A DNA stretch of 64,000 bases from Thalia democratica (Eukaryota). This document shows, in pieces, positions 1-11,921 of this stretch (positions are counted from its first letter, which is position 1; every line of letters starts with the position of its first letter). The notes below the pieces were generated by a model, which was not told where the DNA came from, made no database searches, and saw only the letters and a list, made by a program, of their open reading frames with translations. The stretch lies in the NCBI GenBank assembly GCA_965202585.1, contig OZ241827.1, forward strand, positions 70,680,001 to 70,744,000, read 5' to 3'. The position numbers were made by a program, and so were the translations under genes.

Positions 1-948
1 CAAGCCAAAAACTAAAAATGACTAAATTGGCCTGAGATTTGAATTCTTCACACTGTCTGATTCTGAGTGTGCGACAATTTCTTTTTGTCGAATTTGAACT
101 GTTATGATTAATGTACAAACTTATAAATTACCATTTCTCAAACTAGTTTGTATTAAATAGATAACTCCAAAAAACAGCAACTGTTTGTATTAGTATGCAA
201 CGAATAAAAATTAACTTATTTTGCCAAAAAACATAGTTTGAAAAATGAAAAAGTGTACCGAACAAAAACTTTTTTAATTTATGTCATACATATTTTTTAG
301 GTTCGTATGTACACATTTAGATATTACACGTAAAACAATAATGTAAGAAAATTGTGCATTAATTAAATTTTATCTTGATAAGTATTAAATAAATAAAATT
401 GTTTAAAATATGAGCATATTTGTTAATTGGTGTGCATAGGAATTAATTTAAAATGCAAAGAAACCCTCTAAAAAATCAAAGGTGTCAAAATAAAGAAAAA
501 ACTTAACCTTATTTCTTATTATTATGTTATTTTAAATGTTTTTAAGCACACTAAAACATAACATTTAGTAATAAAACATCTGTAATAGAAACTTAGATAT
601 AAAAAACGTGTAAAAAACAAAACTGTTTAGAAATACGTTTTAGTAAATTACTGTCCATTACTTTTGTACAAAACGGAAAACATTTAAACTTAGTTAGTTT
701 ACTAAATAGGTATTATATAACTATCTTACTAATTCGAAGCACTTTTTACACTATTTTTCAGAAAATAATTTGCTGTTGTATGAAGAAAGTTATAATGAAA
801 TTGAGACAAAAAACCTGGTGGAATGCTAACCTTCTTTTTTACATTTTTAAGGTAGTTCAGTAAAGACTTTTAATTCTTCTAAAATGTTATACAGGGACTT
901 GAAACTAAATTAACCAAAGAAATTTATCTTAAAAGATATTTTTGCTCA

Positions 949-1034
949 GCGGGCCACATTTACATGCTCGCGGGCCGCAAAATTTTCTTTCGCGGGCCGC
1001 ATTTGGCCCGCGGGCCGCAGTTTACCGACCCCTG
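949..1034. mobile_element. Right-end fragment of a hAT-like MITE
   Basis: GC-rich GCGGGCCGC subterminal repeats ending in CCGACCCCTG, the same terminus as the intact element at 21143-21466. No matching left end or TSD found. Confidence 0.6.
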
Positions 1035-3053
1035 GTTTAGATGACCGTTACGTATATGAGACATAAAACCCCATATACTCCTAAGTAAGCTAAAGTTTAT
1101 TATACTTAAAAAATTTTATAATGATTATGACGTAGTAATAATAGGTATAGTTTATTTTACAGCAAGCTGAGCTTGAAAAAGTACTAATTAGTTTGTGCAT
1201 TTTGGAAAGTTTATATAAAGTTTTTCTGTAAGTATATCTATATGTATATATATGTACTTGTAGAAAATATTGTGAGAATATAAACTAGATTACCTTCCAC
1301 AGAACCCACTTTAATGGCTTTTAAATAGTTTATTGCGAATAAATGAATTTTTAAAGAATAGTACATATACTTCATAAAAACATTAAAGTTGGTTTTTATC
1401 ATCAGCTGTTGGTTCGTAATGAATTCCACTGTGCTTAAAATTAATACAAAAATTGTACGATTTTCGGTAGAGTGCTTGATTTCGAATATTTTTGATTTGA
1501 TTAGATTGAAGATTAATTTTTGAACAAAAACTTGTATATTACATGGTTTCATAGCTTCGTCAAATTGTTTTTTTTTTTTTGTACAACTTTTGTATTAATG
1601 TTTAGCAAAGTGCAATTCATTTTGAATAGTTCATCCTAAAAGAATTTTAGAAAAGCTGTTCTGTTAAAAAATTAATTTAAGCTATTATTTTAAGCAGTTG
1701 TCATTACTAGTGCTCTACTTTTGCTTATTGCCTAACACTTTTGGCTTAAAATATTTTTTTTGTTGATTAGTTAAAACTTTTTTTTAATGGGGCTGGCTGA
1801 AGAATTACTTATACAGTGCGGCCGACAAGCAACATATTTTAGGAAAACAGACTTATAAAGAGCTGCCGACTTTAAATTTGTCAAGTTATTTCGATCAGAT
1901 TAATTTAACAAAACTTGTTTTACCGATGCAACATTAATTCACGCTAAAAAACTTTTGATATCTAAATTATTATATTTATGTTTTTTGTAGCAAGTCAGGT
2001 TGTATTAACTATACTTTTTTAATTAATTAAAAGAAACTATATGTACCAACTTGTAAGCTGATATGTATAAACTTTTAAACTAGAACATTTTTGTTTTTGT
2101 AGAGCGTCATTTCGTAAATTCTTAAAAGCAGTTTTTAATTTTAAAACTGATAACAACTTTATATCAATTTTCGGTAATGTAAAATTCGGTATACTGGGTC
2201 TACCTTAAAATATGGTTGAATGATAATAATATTATCATTGTAGTAAACAGTGGTTTTAACTATGAAATAATAATACATGAGTTTATTTTATAACTAAAAA
2301 TTTTATTTGATAGAAATAAAATAAAAACATTATGTTTAAAATAAACAACTACTTTATAATCTAACTTTTAACTCATGTTGTCCGGCAAAATACTTCTATA
2401 TATTAAGTTTGATCTTTTCAACTTGAGTTATGTTATTAAAACTACTTTGTACTGCTATATTTCTAACAGTCAGTAAATAATGTCTTTTTAAGTATTGATA
2501 TCAAACCAACTTAAGTATTTTGAATATATGATTTTATATGAGCAACATTTTCTTTTTGTCACAAATGTTTGTTTTGTTCTTAATTTTACTTTTAATTCTT
2601 ACTGCTAAGGCAAATATTTCTAAATACGTTTACAACAGGAAATGTTATTGACTTTTTTTAATGTTTTGTTTATATATATGATAAAAAATCAAAGAAACCA
2701 AATGATAGATTAATTCTCTGTTTTTTATTTATAACTAATGATCATTATGGACTAATTGTTTTAATTTTTTATATTTAAGTTTATATAAAAAGATTAAAAA
2801 AGCTTTTGTTATGTATAAAGCTTATTATTATTTAGAAACTAGTTTTTGTTTAATTTTTAGTTTAAAATATCTATAAAATACCTTATGAACATACATTAAA
2901 ATAATTTTTGATTAAGGTAAAACAGCCTTTTAATTGTCTTTTTATTTAATTTTTATATTTTTCCTACCTACTATTGAAAACTACAAATTTATAGAAGTTT
3001 AGACCAAAAATTGTTTTGGGTCAATACAAAGAGCTTTCTTTGAAATATTAACC

Positions 3054-3193
3054 CAGCTGCACATATTAAAAATGTGTTTTTTATTTCTACCTTTGTTTCA
3101 AAATCATGTGGCTGAAGTTATTTATATTTATAAATAAAGTTATCTAAAAAAAAATAAATATACTGTACCACATGTTTTTTTTCAGTATAAATA
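3054..3193 (+). promoter_or_regulatory. Core promoter of A1: three E-boxes plus TATA
   Basis: CAGCTG 3054, CATGTG 3105, CACATG 3169, TATAAATA 3186. The same order and near-identical spacing recur upstream of A2 and A3, and partly upstream of A4. Confidence 0.6.
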
Positions 3194-3919
3194 TAGGCTG
3201 AATGAAATCTTAACATAAAATAAAAAGCTATTCTTATTGTTTAACAACAGAAAATATTTTTTAGGTTAGTGAGAAGTATGTTTTTTTTTTCATATACACT
3301 TAATAAAAACATATATTTGAAAAAGTATAAATTTTTGAGTTTTGAGAATAAGTAAAAGTTCTGATATAATAAAAATTAAAACTATTTATTAGTATTAAAA
3401 AGTTAAAAATCATTGATATTAGGGAGAAAATTAACAGCATAGTTAATTTGCACTTAATAAAAGACTTTATAAAACTTTAGTACAAAAATAAAACAAAAAT
3501 GTCGTTTAAAATTTGATTTTGTTAATTTTTTTATTATAATATTTATCATGATTACTTAACTTTAAGTTGCAATATTTTTTAAAGTTACTTAAATGTTCTG
3601 CTTAAGTGGTTAGTTGTATTTAATTACACCGTTTTAAAATTTATTTGTAAGAATACTTTACATGATCAGACAACAATTTAATTATTAAGTTAATATATTT
3701 TTTAACGAATGAATCATAACATTGTCAAACTATAAAAAATTAAATTTATTTTTTTGCTAGATATTTTTTAAACAAATCTTTGCAGGTTTTCAATATGATA
3801 ACAAATTAAAAGTTAGTACGTAAATATTTAATCTATTTACAAAAACTGTTTCTAAATAATGTTATTGTCAATTTCAATTCATACAGGATTATTTAGAAAC
3901 TTGTTTTACTGAAACTAAA

Positions 3920-4069
3920 ATGCCAGAAAACCCAGACAAACCAGATAAACCTTGTTGGGATATTGTACCGTACGTACCTCCAAAAGAAAAAACTCCCCCA
4001 CCTACTCCCCCACCAACTCCTACAAAAACTCCCCCACCAAGTCCAAAGAGACAGGAAGATAATAAGTAG
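3920..4069 (+). CDS. Pro-rich microprotein A1, 49 aa: MPENPDKPDKPCWDIVPYVPPKEKTPPPTPPPTPTKTPPPSPKRQEDNK
   Basis: GC-rich island in AT-rich DNA; acceptor CATACAG ending 3886; AAA-ATG context; homologous ORFs at 8873, 18141 and 24585 with equivalent stop position and shared downstream element. Confidence 0.75.
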   Translation: MPENPDKPDKPCWDIVPYVPPKEKTPPPTPPPTPTKTPPPSPKRQEDNK

Positions 4070-4185
4070 TTGCAACGTCTGCGTTTGCCATAATTGCCCC
4101 GAGAATAAAGCAAAACTCTGTGCTCTTGAGTACTTTTGAAATGTGGCAACGTTGTTTTTTTTTTATTGCTGACATTTCGGCTCAA
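4070..4185 (+). other. Conserved post-stop (3' UTR) element of A1
   Basis: TGCCATAATTGCCCCGAGAA...AAATGTGGCAAC...GCTGACATTTCGGCTC aligns with the other three A loci. CGTTTGCCA (4082-4090) can pair with TGGCAACG (4144-4151). Confidence 0.6.
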
Positions 4186-6983
4186 ATGAAAATTCTAAAT
4201 TTTCTTAAATCTGTAAATATTAATTAATATTTTTATCAAAAGACTTTTTTATAAACACATTTATTTTTCCCGTTCAATTGATTACTTATACATTTAATAC
4301 TCGAATTTTAAATACATTTCTACTACTTAGGTTTTAGCAAAACATCATCTTCTATTATCTGTTTTACAGCTGTATAAGCTTTTAAATACTATTTATTCTA
4401 TATCATGTAACTTATATTTTAATTTTTTCGATTTTTGTAAGTTATTTTTTTGTAAATATTAAACAGTCACTTTTTATATATGTTCAGATATTTCTATTAA
4501 ATACATTTGACAGTAAGCTAAAAATTTTAAGAAAAGTTTGTGTTAGCAAAAACTAGATCTTTAAATACATATGCCAACTTTAAATTACTACCTTGATTTT
4601 ATACATTCGAGTATAAATAAGATTTTTAAACTTTGAAACAACTATTTACTTTCGTTTTAGTCAAAAAAAAAAACTTTGGGTCTTAAATAATTCAAACTTT
4701 TAAAGCAATTTAGTTAGAACATCACTATTTAACTGCTTTTTTTTATATTTGTTATTCAACCTTCTGAGAACTTAATTGTAATTAGATATAAAACGTTTAT
4801 GCAGAGACTAAAAGTTTTATTGGAAAAAGTAGTAAATACTCACAATTCCTTTGTTTAAAGCTTTAATACATAAAATTAATAATTGCACGCTTAAGCATAA
4901 TGTTAGTAAAGTTAATCTAGTTTTATTTAATAATTTCATAGAAATACATTAATTAGTTCTATACTCATTACATTCAAAAGTTGATGATATACAGACTTGC
5001 TTTGGTTATACGGTGAAGCAAAAAAAATAAAGTAAAAATAAAAACCTTTGATTCAAATTAGTATTAAAAAAAAACCTTACAAAAACACACTTAAACACTA
5101 CTAAAAATAATTACTGCTAATTTAACTCGGATTTTAGTTTTGTAAATCTTAATTTCATGTTTAATATTTCCGAACTTGTTTAAAAATATTAAGTTCAATG
5201 TTTGAAACGTTTTATACAATATAATTACACAAAACTAATCTATTTACATAATCACAGTAGCTATTTTTTAATTAAATGTAAACCACACTTTATTAGTTTC
5301 TTTTTGATAATCGAATTTAAAATAGTTAAACGTGTAAATATCTATATAGCTTTTTAAAGTAACAAAAGAATATTGTGGTAGAACTTAATAGGTAACACTA
5401 AGAAAGAAATAATGCTTAGTTTAATCTTCAATAGTTTTACAAAACATAAGAAAAATAAAATACTTCAAATGTTGTTCGATTTTGGTAGGAAATGTATCTA
5501 AATTCTGTGAGAATTAAGGCTTATTAAACTTTTTTAAAAACAATGTACCAATTGACTAAACAAGTTTCAAAACGTTTTATTTCAAAATCATAGAATATTT
5601 TCTAAAGTACTGTGTTAAGCAACATATTCAGAGACATTTTTTACTTTTAGTTTTTAAGAATATTTAAAGTAAACAGCCTAAGTATGAACAACTAACAACA
5701 ATTAAAGTACAATTTTTGAGTTGTTTCTTTATATTAAAAGTTCAAAGCTATACACTATTAATAGAATATAATTATTTTCATTTTACTTTTTTTTTCTAAA
5801 ATTACCTTTTAAACGTTAAGCTTGCAGTGATCTTCTAATTCTAAAAACCTATTAAACACCAAGATACATTTTTAATCTCCTTAAGCAATCAGTTTTAAAA
5901 AAAAAATTCTTTTCATAATTTTTATACGTCGATTGTGGTACAAAACATCCCTTATTTTGCCTTAAAATCTTAACAAGAAAAAAAACAGTTGAGAAAAAAC
6001 AGTCTTTTAAACTAACATACTAATATAAGCATGAACTTAAGAAGATATAGTTTAATAGATTTTAGTATTAGTTTGTGTTCAATCACTGTATAAAGGGATA
6101 TTAAAGTTCACAAAACTAATTTAGACTGTGGCATTTACGACAATTGGTTCAAATATAATTTAGCTACTAAATACATATATGCATGTACTTGTTTATTAAT
6201 TGTTACAAAATTTATTACACATTCAAAGGCTATACTCCAAGTATTTTGCTTTTATAAACTTATTGAAACAACTAATTGACTTTTTCGATCTTTAAATTAA
6301 ATTTTTAGATCTTTAAATCATGGGCGTTCTAAATTTTGTTTCCGACAGAATAGATGCGAAATCTAGTTTAACAGCAAATTTTTTTATTTCATGTTATTGT
6401 TCTCAACTTTAAAATTGTGTTTTATTGTGAATTAATTTAGTTTTTTATTAAATTGATTTTCTTATAGTAGATTATCTAACTAGATAACAACTTTACATCT
6501 ATTTTTAAACGCTGTTGTTAGTAATCTGAAATTTAGTATACTGGGTATGCCTTAAAATGTGGTTAAATAATGTTAATATTATCATTATAGTAAACAGTGG
6601 TTTTAACTATGAGCTTAGTAGTACATTATTTTATAACAAACACACTATTTGATAACACTAGAACAAAAACAGAATGTTTAAATTAAACAACTACTTTGTA
6701 CTCTAACTTTTGACTCTGTTGTCCAGCAAAATAATTCTATATATTAATTTTGACTTTTACAATTAAACTTTAAACGACTCAGTTATGTGATTTAAACTAC
6801 TTTTTAACGCTGTATTTCTAACAGTCAGTAAATAATGTCTTCATTAGTATAAGTATCAAACTAAATTAGGTTTTTTAAATGTTTGACTTTATATGAGATT
6901 TTTTTGTCACTAATGTTTATTTTGTCTTTAATATTATTTTTTATTCCTACTGATACAGCAAATATTTCTAAATATATTTACAA

Positions 6984-8182
6984 CGTAAAATGTTATTGAC
7001 TTTTTATTATGTTTTGTTTGAATAAATAAAACAAAATCAAAGAAATCAAATGATAGATCAAAATTGCTGTTTTTTTATTTCTAAAACTTATGATCTTTAT
7101 TGACGAATCGTTTTAATTTTTTTGTTAAAGTTTTAATCAAAAGATTAAAAAGCTTTAGTCATGTATAAAGCTTATCGATATTAAGAAACTAGTATTTGTT
7201 AAATTTTTTGTTTAAAATATCTATAAAATACCTTATTAACATATATTAAAGTATTTTTTGATTAAGGTAAAACAGCCTTTTAATTGTCTTTTTATTTAAT
7301 TTTTACATTTTTATTACTTCTTATTTTAAATTACAAATTTATAGAAGTTTAGACCAAAAATAGTTTTGGGTCGATATAAAGAGCTTTCTTTGAAATATTG
7401 ACTCAGCTGCACATATTAAAAATGCTTTTTTAATTTCTATTTTTATTTTCGAAATCATGTGGTTGAAGTTATTTATATTTATATAAAAAGTTACTTATAA
7501 AAAAAGTTAATCAGATTATACCACATGCTTTTTTTCAGTATAAATACAGGCTGACTAAAAATCTTATTATAAAATATAGATGCGTAAAATGTTATTGACT
7601 TTTTATTATGTTTTGTTTGAATAAATAAAACAAAATCAAAGAAATCAAATGATAGATCAAAATTGCTGTTTTTTTATTTCAAAAACTTATGATCTTTATT
7701 GACGAATCGTTTTAATTTTTTTGTTAAAGTTTTAATCAAAAGATTAAAAAGCTTTAGTCATGTATAAAGCTTATCGATATTAAGAAACTAGTATTTGTTA
7801 AATTTTTTGTTTAAAATATCTATAAAATACCTTATTAACATATATTAAAGTAATTTTTGATTAAGGTAAAACAGCCTTTTAATTGTCTTTTTATTTAATT
7901 TTTACATTTTTATTACTTCTTATTTTAAATTACAAATTTATAGAAGTTTAGACCAAAAATAGTTTTGGGTCGATATAAAGAGCTTTCTTTGAAATATTGA
8001 CTCAGCTGCACATATTAAAAATGCTTTTTTAATTTCTATTTTTATTTTCGAAATCATGTGGTTGAAGTTATTTATATTTATATAAAAAGTTACTTATAAA
8101 AAAAATTAATCAGATTATACCACATGCTTTTTTTCAGTATAAATACAGGCTGACTAAAAATCTTATTATAAAATATAGATGC
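6984..8182 (+). repeat. Near-identical 599-bp tandem duplication covering the A2 promoter module
   Basis: The unit starting CGTAAAATGTTATTGAC occurs at 6984 and 7583. I saw only about three differences between the copies. Confidence 0.95.
8003..8145 (+). promoter_or_regulatory. Core promoter of A2 (proximal copy; distal copy 7404-7546)
   Basis: CAGCTG 8003, CATGTG 8055, CACATG 8121, TATAAATA 8138. Confidence 0.6.
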
Positions 8183-8872
8183 TATTGTTATTGTTTAACA
8201 ACAGATTTTTTTTCTTTATTGAGAAGTATGTTTTTTTCATATACACTTAATAAAAATATATATTTAAAAAAGTATAAATTTTTGAGTTTTGAGAATAAGT
8301 AAAAGTTTGGACATTATTTTCACATATAATAACATAAAAATTTAAATTATTTAATGGTATTAAAAAGTTAAAAACTATTGATATAGGGAGAAATTATACA
8401 GCATAGCCAGTTTGCACTAACTTTAATTATACTTTAGAGTTTATAAAATTTTATTAAAAACATAAAACAAACATGTCGTTTACAAATTTGATTTTTTTGT
8501 TATAGCATTTATCATGATTACTAAACTTTTAGTTTCTAAAGTTTAATAAAGTTACTAAAGTACTTTGCTTTAGTCGTCAGTTTTATTCAATTATACCGTT
8601 TGAAAATTTGTTTGTAAGAGTACTATATATTTTTTATTATTGTATTTTTCACGATAGAAGTAAAACAGTGACAAACAATAAAAAATTAAGTTTATTTACT
8701 CGTAAATATTTCTAAACAACTTTTTGTAGTTTTTCAATATAAAAACCAATTAAAAGTTAGAATTTGAATATTTAAACTGTTTAGAAAAACTGTTTTTAAT
8801 TGGTGTCATTGTCAAATCAATTCTTATCTTATTAACAGCAATATTTAGAAACTTTTTTTTACTGAAACTAAA

Positions 8873-9043
8873 ATGGCCGGACAAGCATGCAAACCAGATG
8901 AGCCTGGTACGAATATTGTACCGTACCTAGCTACGACATTCACAAATTTAATATCACCCCCGCCAACTCCGCCGCCAACTCCGCCACCAACTTTCCCGCC
9001 AACTCCCCCGCCAAGTCCCCAACCAAGTCCAAAGAAAAAATAA
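8873..9043 (+). CDS. Pro-rich microprotein A2, 56 aa: MAGQACKPDEPGTNIVPYLATTFTNLISPPPTPPPTPPPTFPPTPPPSPQPSPKKK
   Basis: Acceptor ATTAACAG ending 8838; ACTGAAACTAAAATG start context identical to A1; shared KPD.P...IVPY and TPPP repeats; stop aligned with the A1 stop. Confidence 0.75.
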   Translation: MAGQACKPDEPGTNIVPYLATTFTNLISPPPTPPPTPPPTFPPTPPPSPQPSPKKK

Positions 9044-9055
9044 CCGCAGCATCCA

Positions 9056-9143
9056 CAGTTGCCATAATTGCCTCGAGAATGGAGCAACTATGTTCTATGA
9101 TCGTGGTCATGCATGAGAGAACTCTCAAAATGTGGCAACACTG
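9056..9143 (+). other. Conserved post-stop element of A2 (predicted stem-loop)
   Basis: CAG-TTGCCA (9056-9064) is complementary to TGGCAA-CA-CTG (9133-9143); inner TTGC-CTC-GAGAAT-GGA-GCAA. Confidence 0.6.
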
Positions 9144-11921
9144 ATTTTGACAGCTCAGCTTAAACTAGCAAGTATAAATTTTCCTACGCGTGTAAATATT
9201 AGTAAAAAATTTGTATCACGATGCTTTAATTTTGAGTGACTTTCCGATCACTTATATATTTTTTTCGTGAGTAAATAGCAATTAAGAATTCTATTACTTT
9301 GGGTTCAGCAAAATATCAGCATTAATAATCGATTCAACAATTATAATGTTTTTCTGTTAAAGCTTGTAAATACTATTCATTATGTTTAATGTAATAAAGC
9401 TTGAAATTATAACGTTTCAATAAAGTTTTTTTTGTAAAAACTAAAATAATTATTTTAAGTTTTTTTTAACATTTTTTTTTCTTATATGCTTTTAATAGTT
9501 AGATAATATTTTTAAGATTAAATGTGTGTAAAAGAAAAGCTAAATATTAAAGTATTAGTACATCCAATTATAACTAAAATACTCAGACTTAAAAGCTGTT
9601 AATTTCTTTGGTTTTGGACAAAAAACCAAACCTTGGTCTTAATTTAGGCGTCCAACTAGTTTAAACTTTTAAAGTATTTGAGTAAGAATATTTGTGTTTT
9701 TTTTTTGTTAATTAATCATTCTTCTGGGAACGTTGTTGTAATTAGATTTTAACGCCAAGTTATATCTAATTACTAATCTCTGCAGAGACTAAAAATGCTT
9801 TTAGAAAAAGTAGTAAACATTTATTCCTTTCTTTAAGGCTTAAATAAATAATAATTACTAATTGCACGCTAAGCATATTTTTAGTTTCGTAAATTTAATT
9901 TCATTAAATAGTTTGTTAGAAAAAAAGAAATAAATTCTATATTCATTACATTCAAAAGTTGTTTTTATACAGACTTGCTTTGGTTATACGGTGAAGCGAA
10001 ACAAATAAAGTAAAAATATTTGATTGTAATTGATATAATAAAAGGTACAATAAAAAAATCACAAAAGTACATTTAAATACCATAAAAACTGATTAATGCT
10101 AATTTAATTTGGGTTTTAGTGTTGTAAATTTTAATATCATGTTCAATATTTATAATTTTGTTTAAAATTGTTAAGTTCAATGTTTGAAACGCTTTATTTA
10201 TATTTATATTTTGGTTAACTAATCTATTCATAATTTAACAGTTGCTATTTAATAAAAAAAATTAATCCAAATTTTGTTCATTCCTCTTAATACTCGAAAA
10301 TAAAACTTTTAAACTTGTAAAAATCTAAACAGCTTTTTAAAGCAACAAAATAATATTGTGCTTCAACTTGATAAGTAACAACAATAAAGAAACAACGCTT
10401 AATTGAACCTTTAATAAACCACAAAATTTTAAAAATGTGAAACGTTTGCAAGTGTAGTTCAATTTAGGTAAATGTATCTAAGGTTTTGTAAGAATTTAAC
10501 CTTGTTAAATTTTTTAAAAACATTATACTCATTGAATCAATAAAGTTCAAAGCATTTTATTTTCATCATTATAAAGTATTTTCTAATGAACTGTAGTTAG
10601 CAACATATTCAGAGAGGTTGTATGATTTTATTTATTCTTTAAGTTAAAAGCCTCTAAAATATGAACAACAACTATTTTGATTACTATTCTTTATCCTGAC
10701 AGTTTAAAGCTATACACTGTTATTAGAATAAAGTAATTTTTGCAATAACATTTTCTAAAGTTACCTTTTTTAACATAAAGCTGGCAGTGATATGCTGACT
10801 TTAATAACTAGTAAACACAAATATACATTTTTATCTCACTAACCTACAAGTTTAATGAAGAAATAGTTTCTTTTCACAGTTTTCACGGTCAATTATGGTG
10901 CAAACCATGACCTTATTTGCTTTAAAATATTAAAGTTATTTAAAAAAAAAACAGTCGTTCAAACTACTAAGTTAATAATCTAACTTAAGATTTAGTTTCA
11001 TATTTTTTTATATTTGTTAGTGTTCAATTACTGTCTAAAAATAGTTTAAAGTTCAGAAAACTAACTTAAAGTGGGGCGGGCATTAACGACAATTACTTCA
11101 AAGTTTACAATCCTTAGACGTACATATTTATTGGACAAACATTAAAATACTTTATGTCAAAATATATATTCCAAGTTATTTATAAAAAAAATAAACAGAT
11201 TTGCAAAAACAATTGAGCTTTATTTTTTAAGTCACGAACGATCAAAATTTTGTTGTACGGAATAAATGTAGAATGTTAGTAATTTTTTGTTAAGTTTTTT
11301 TTTTCATTTTGAAAACCTTGTTTTGTTTTCAAATAATTTGACTTTCAAGGAAACTTTTTTTTCTTGTGATAATTTAGGATACATACTAAAACATTTTTTT
11401 ATAAATATACATAACTTTAAGATTAAAATATATTTAACTAGTTTTTTTAAGCTAACTTTAAATTAACTTCGTTGAAATAACTCACATCGGTATTATATTA
11501 AAAAGTATCTTTAAATAAAATCAAACACACCAAGTTTTAATCATAAGTTTATTTGAATTTCTATTTTAAAATACCATGCTAAATAAAGTTTTTTATAAAA
11601 TAAATAACAGTTATACATAAAACAACTTTAAAATTTAAAAATAAATACTATATACTTTATCATTTAATATAAATAAATTATTAAAAAACTCAAGTTGTCA
11701 ACTTTATTTAAAAGCATATTTCTTTAAGTCATTTTTTCACAGAGTATTATTGTTTTTAAAATTTTAGTATAAAATTAAAAATGTTATTCGCAGCATACTA
11801 TTTTTTTAACATAATTTACTTTTTTTTACAAAAAGTTACAGCACTAAAAGCTTGTATTTAAAGATTATAAATAATTAAATTAAAAACAAATGTGTTTACA
11901 CTGAAACAAGTCTTTCGTTTC

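Larger units (their letters stand above)
2148..6370 (+). repeat. Tandem segmental duplication, unit 1 (contains microgene A1)
   Basis: Collinear similarity with 6483-11280 throughout, e.g. GTATACTGGGT...GTAAACAGTGGTTTTAACTATGA near 2190-2265 and 6535-6613, and CAGACTTGCTTTGGTTATACGGTGAAGC near 4992 and 9970. Boundaries approximate. Confidence 0.85.
6483..11280 (+). repeat. Tandem segmental duplication, unit 2 (contains microgene A2)
   Basis: Collinear with 2148-6370; longer because of an internal 599-bp tandem duplication. Confidence 0.85.

Noticed and set aside
1-105. Possible minus-strand exon after a CATAACAG acceptor at the window start
   Set aside because: More than one frame is partly open and the context is cut off by the window edge, so it is not supportable.
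1238-1552. 104-aa ORF and similar AT-rich ORFs (19377, 21018, 31689, 32061, 47526, 52419, 59349, 60654)
   Set aside because: F/I/L/K/N-rich composition typical of random AT-rich DNA, often non-ATG starts, and no splice or homology support.
1787-1858. 23-aa ORF MGLAEELLIQCGRQATYFRKTDL in a mildly GC-rich patch
   Set aside because: No paralog, no E-box/TATA module and no similarity to the A or B families; cannot be separated from chance or a decayed repeat.
3889-4185. Minus-strand Gly-rich 98-aa ORF and Trp/Arg-rich 60-aa ORF (3893-4075) that resembles an antimicrobial peptide
   Set aside because: Antisense shadows of the Pro codons (CCN read as GGN or TGG). Acceptor, start context, promoter orientation and conserved stop all support the plus-strand 49-aa ORF, and these shadow ORFs are not kept consistently across the four loci.
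4070-4185. Post-stop element as a SECIS or iron-responsive element
   Set aside because: No in-frame TGA in any A ORF and no conserved AUGA/GA quartet. The inner loop is GAGAAU, not CAGUGN, and lacks the bulged C five pairs below the loop.
8845-9128. Minus-strand Gly-rich 80-aa ORF and amphipathic-looking 62-aa ORF (...DLAGELAGKLVAELAAELAG...)
   Set aside because: Same antisense effect; the heptad-like pattern comes from the 12-nt Pro/Thr repeat and is seen in this copy only.
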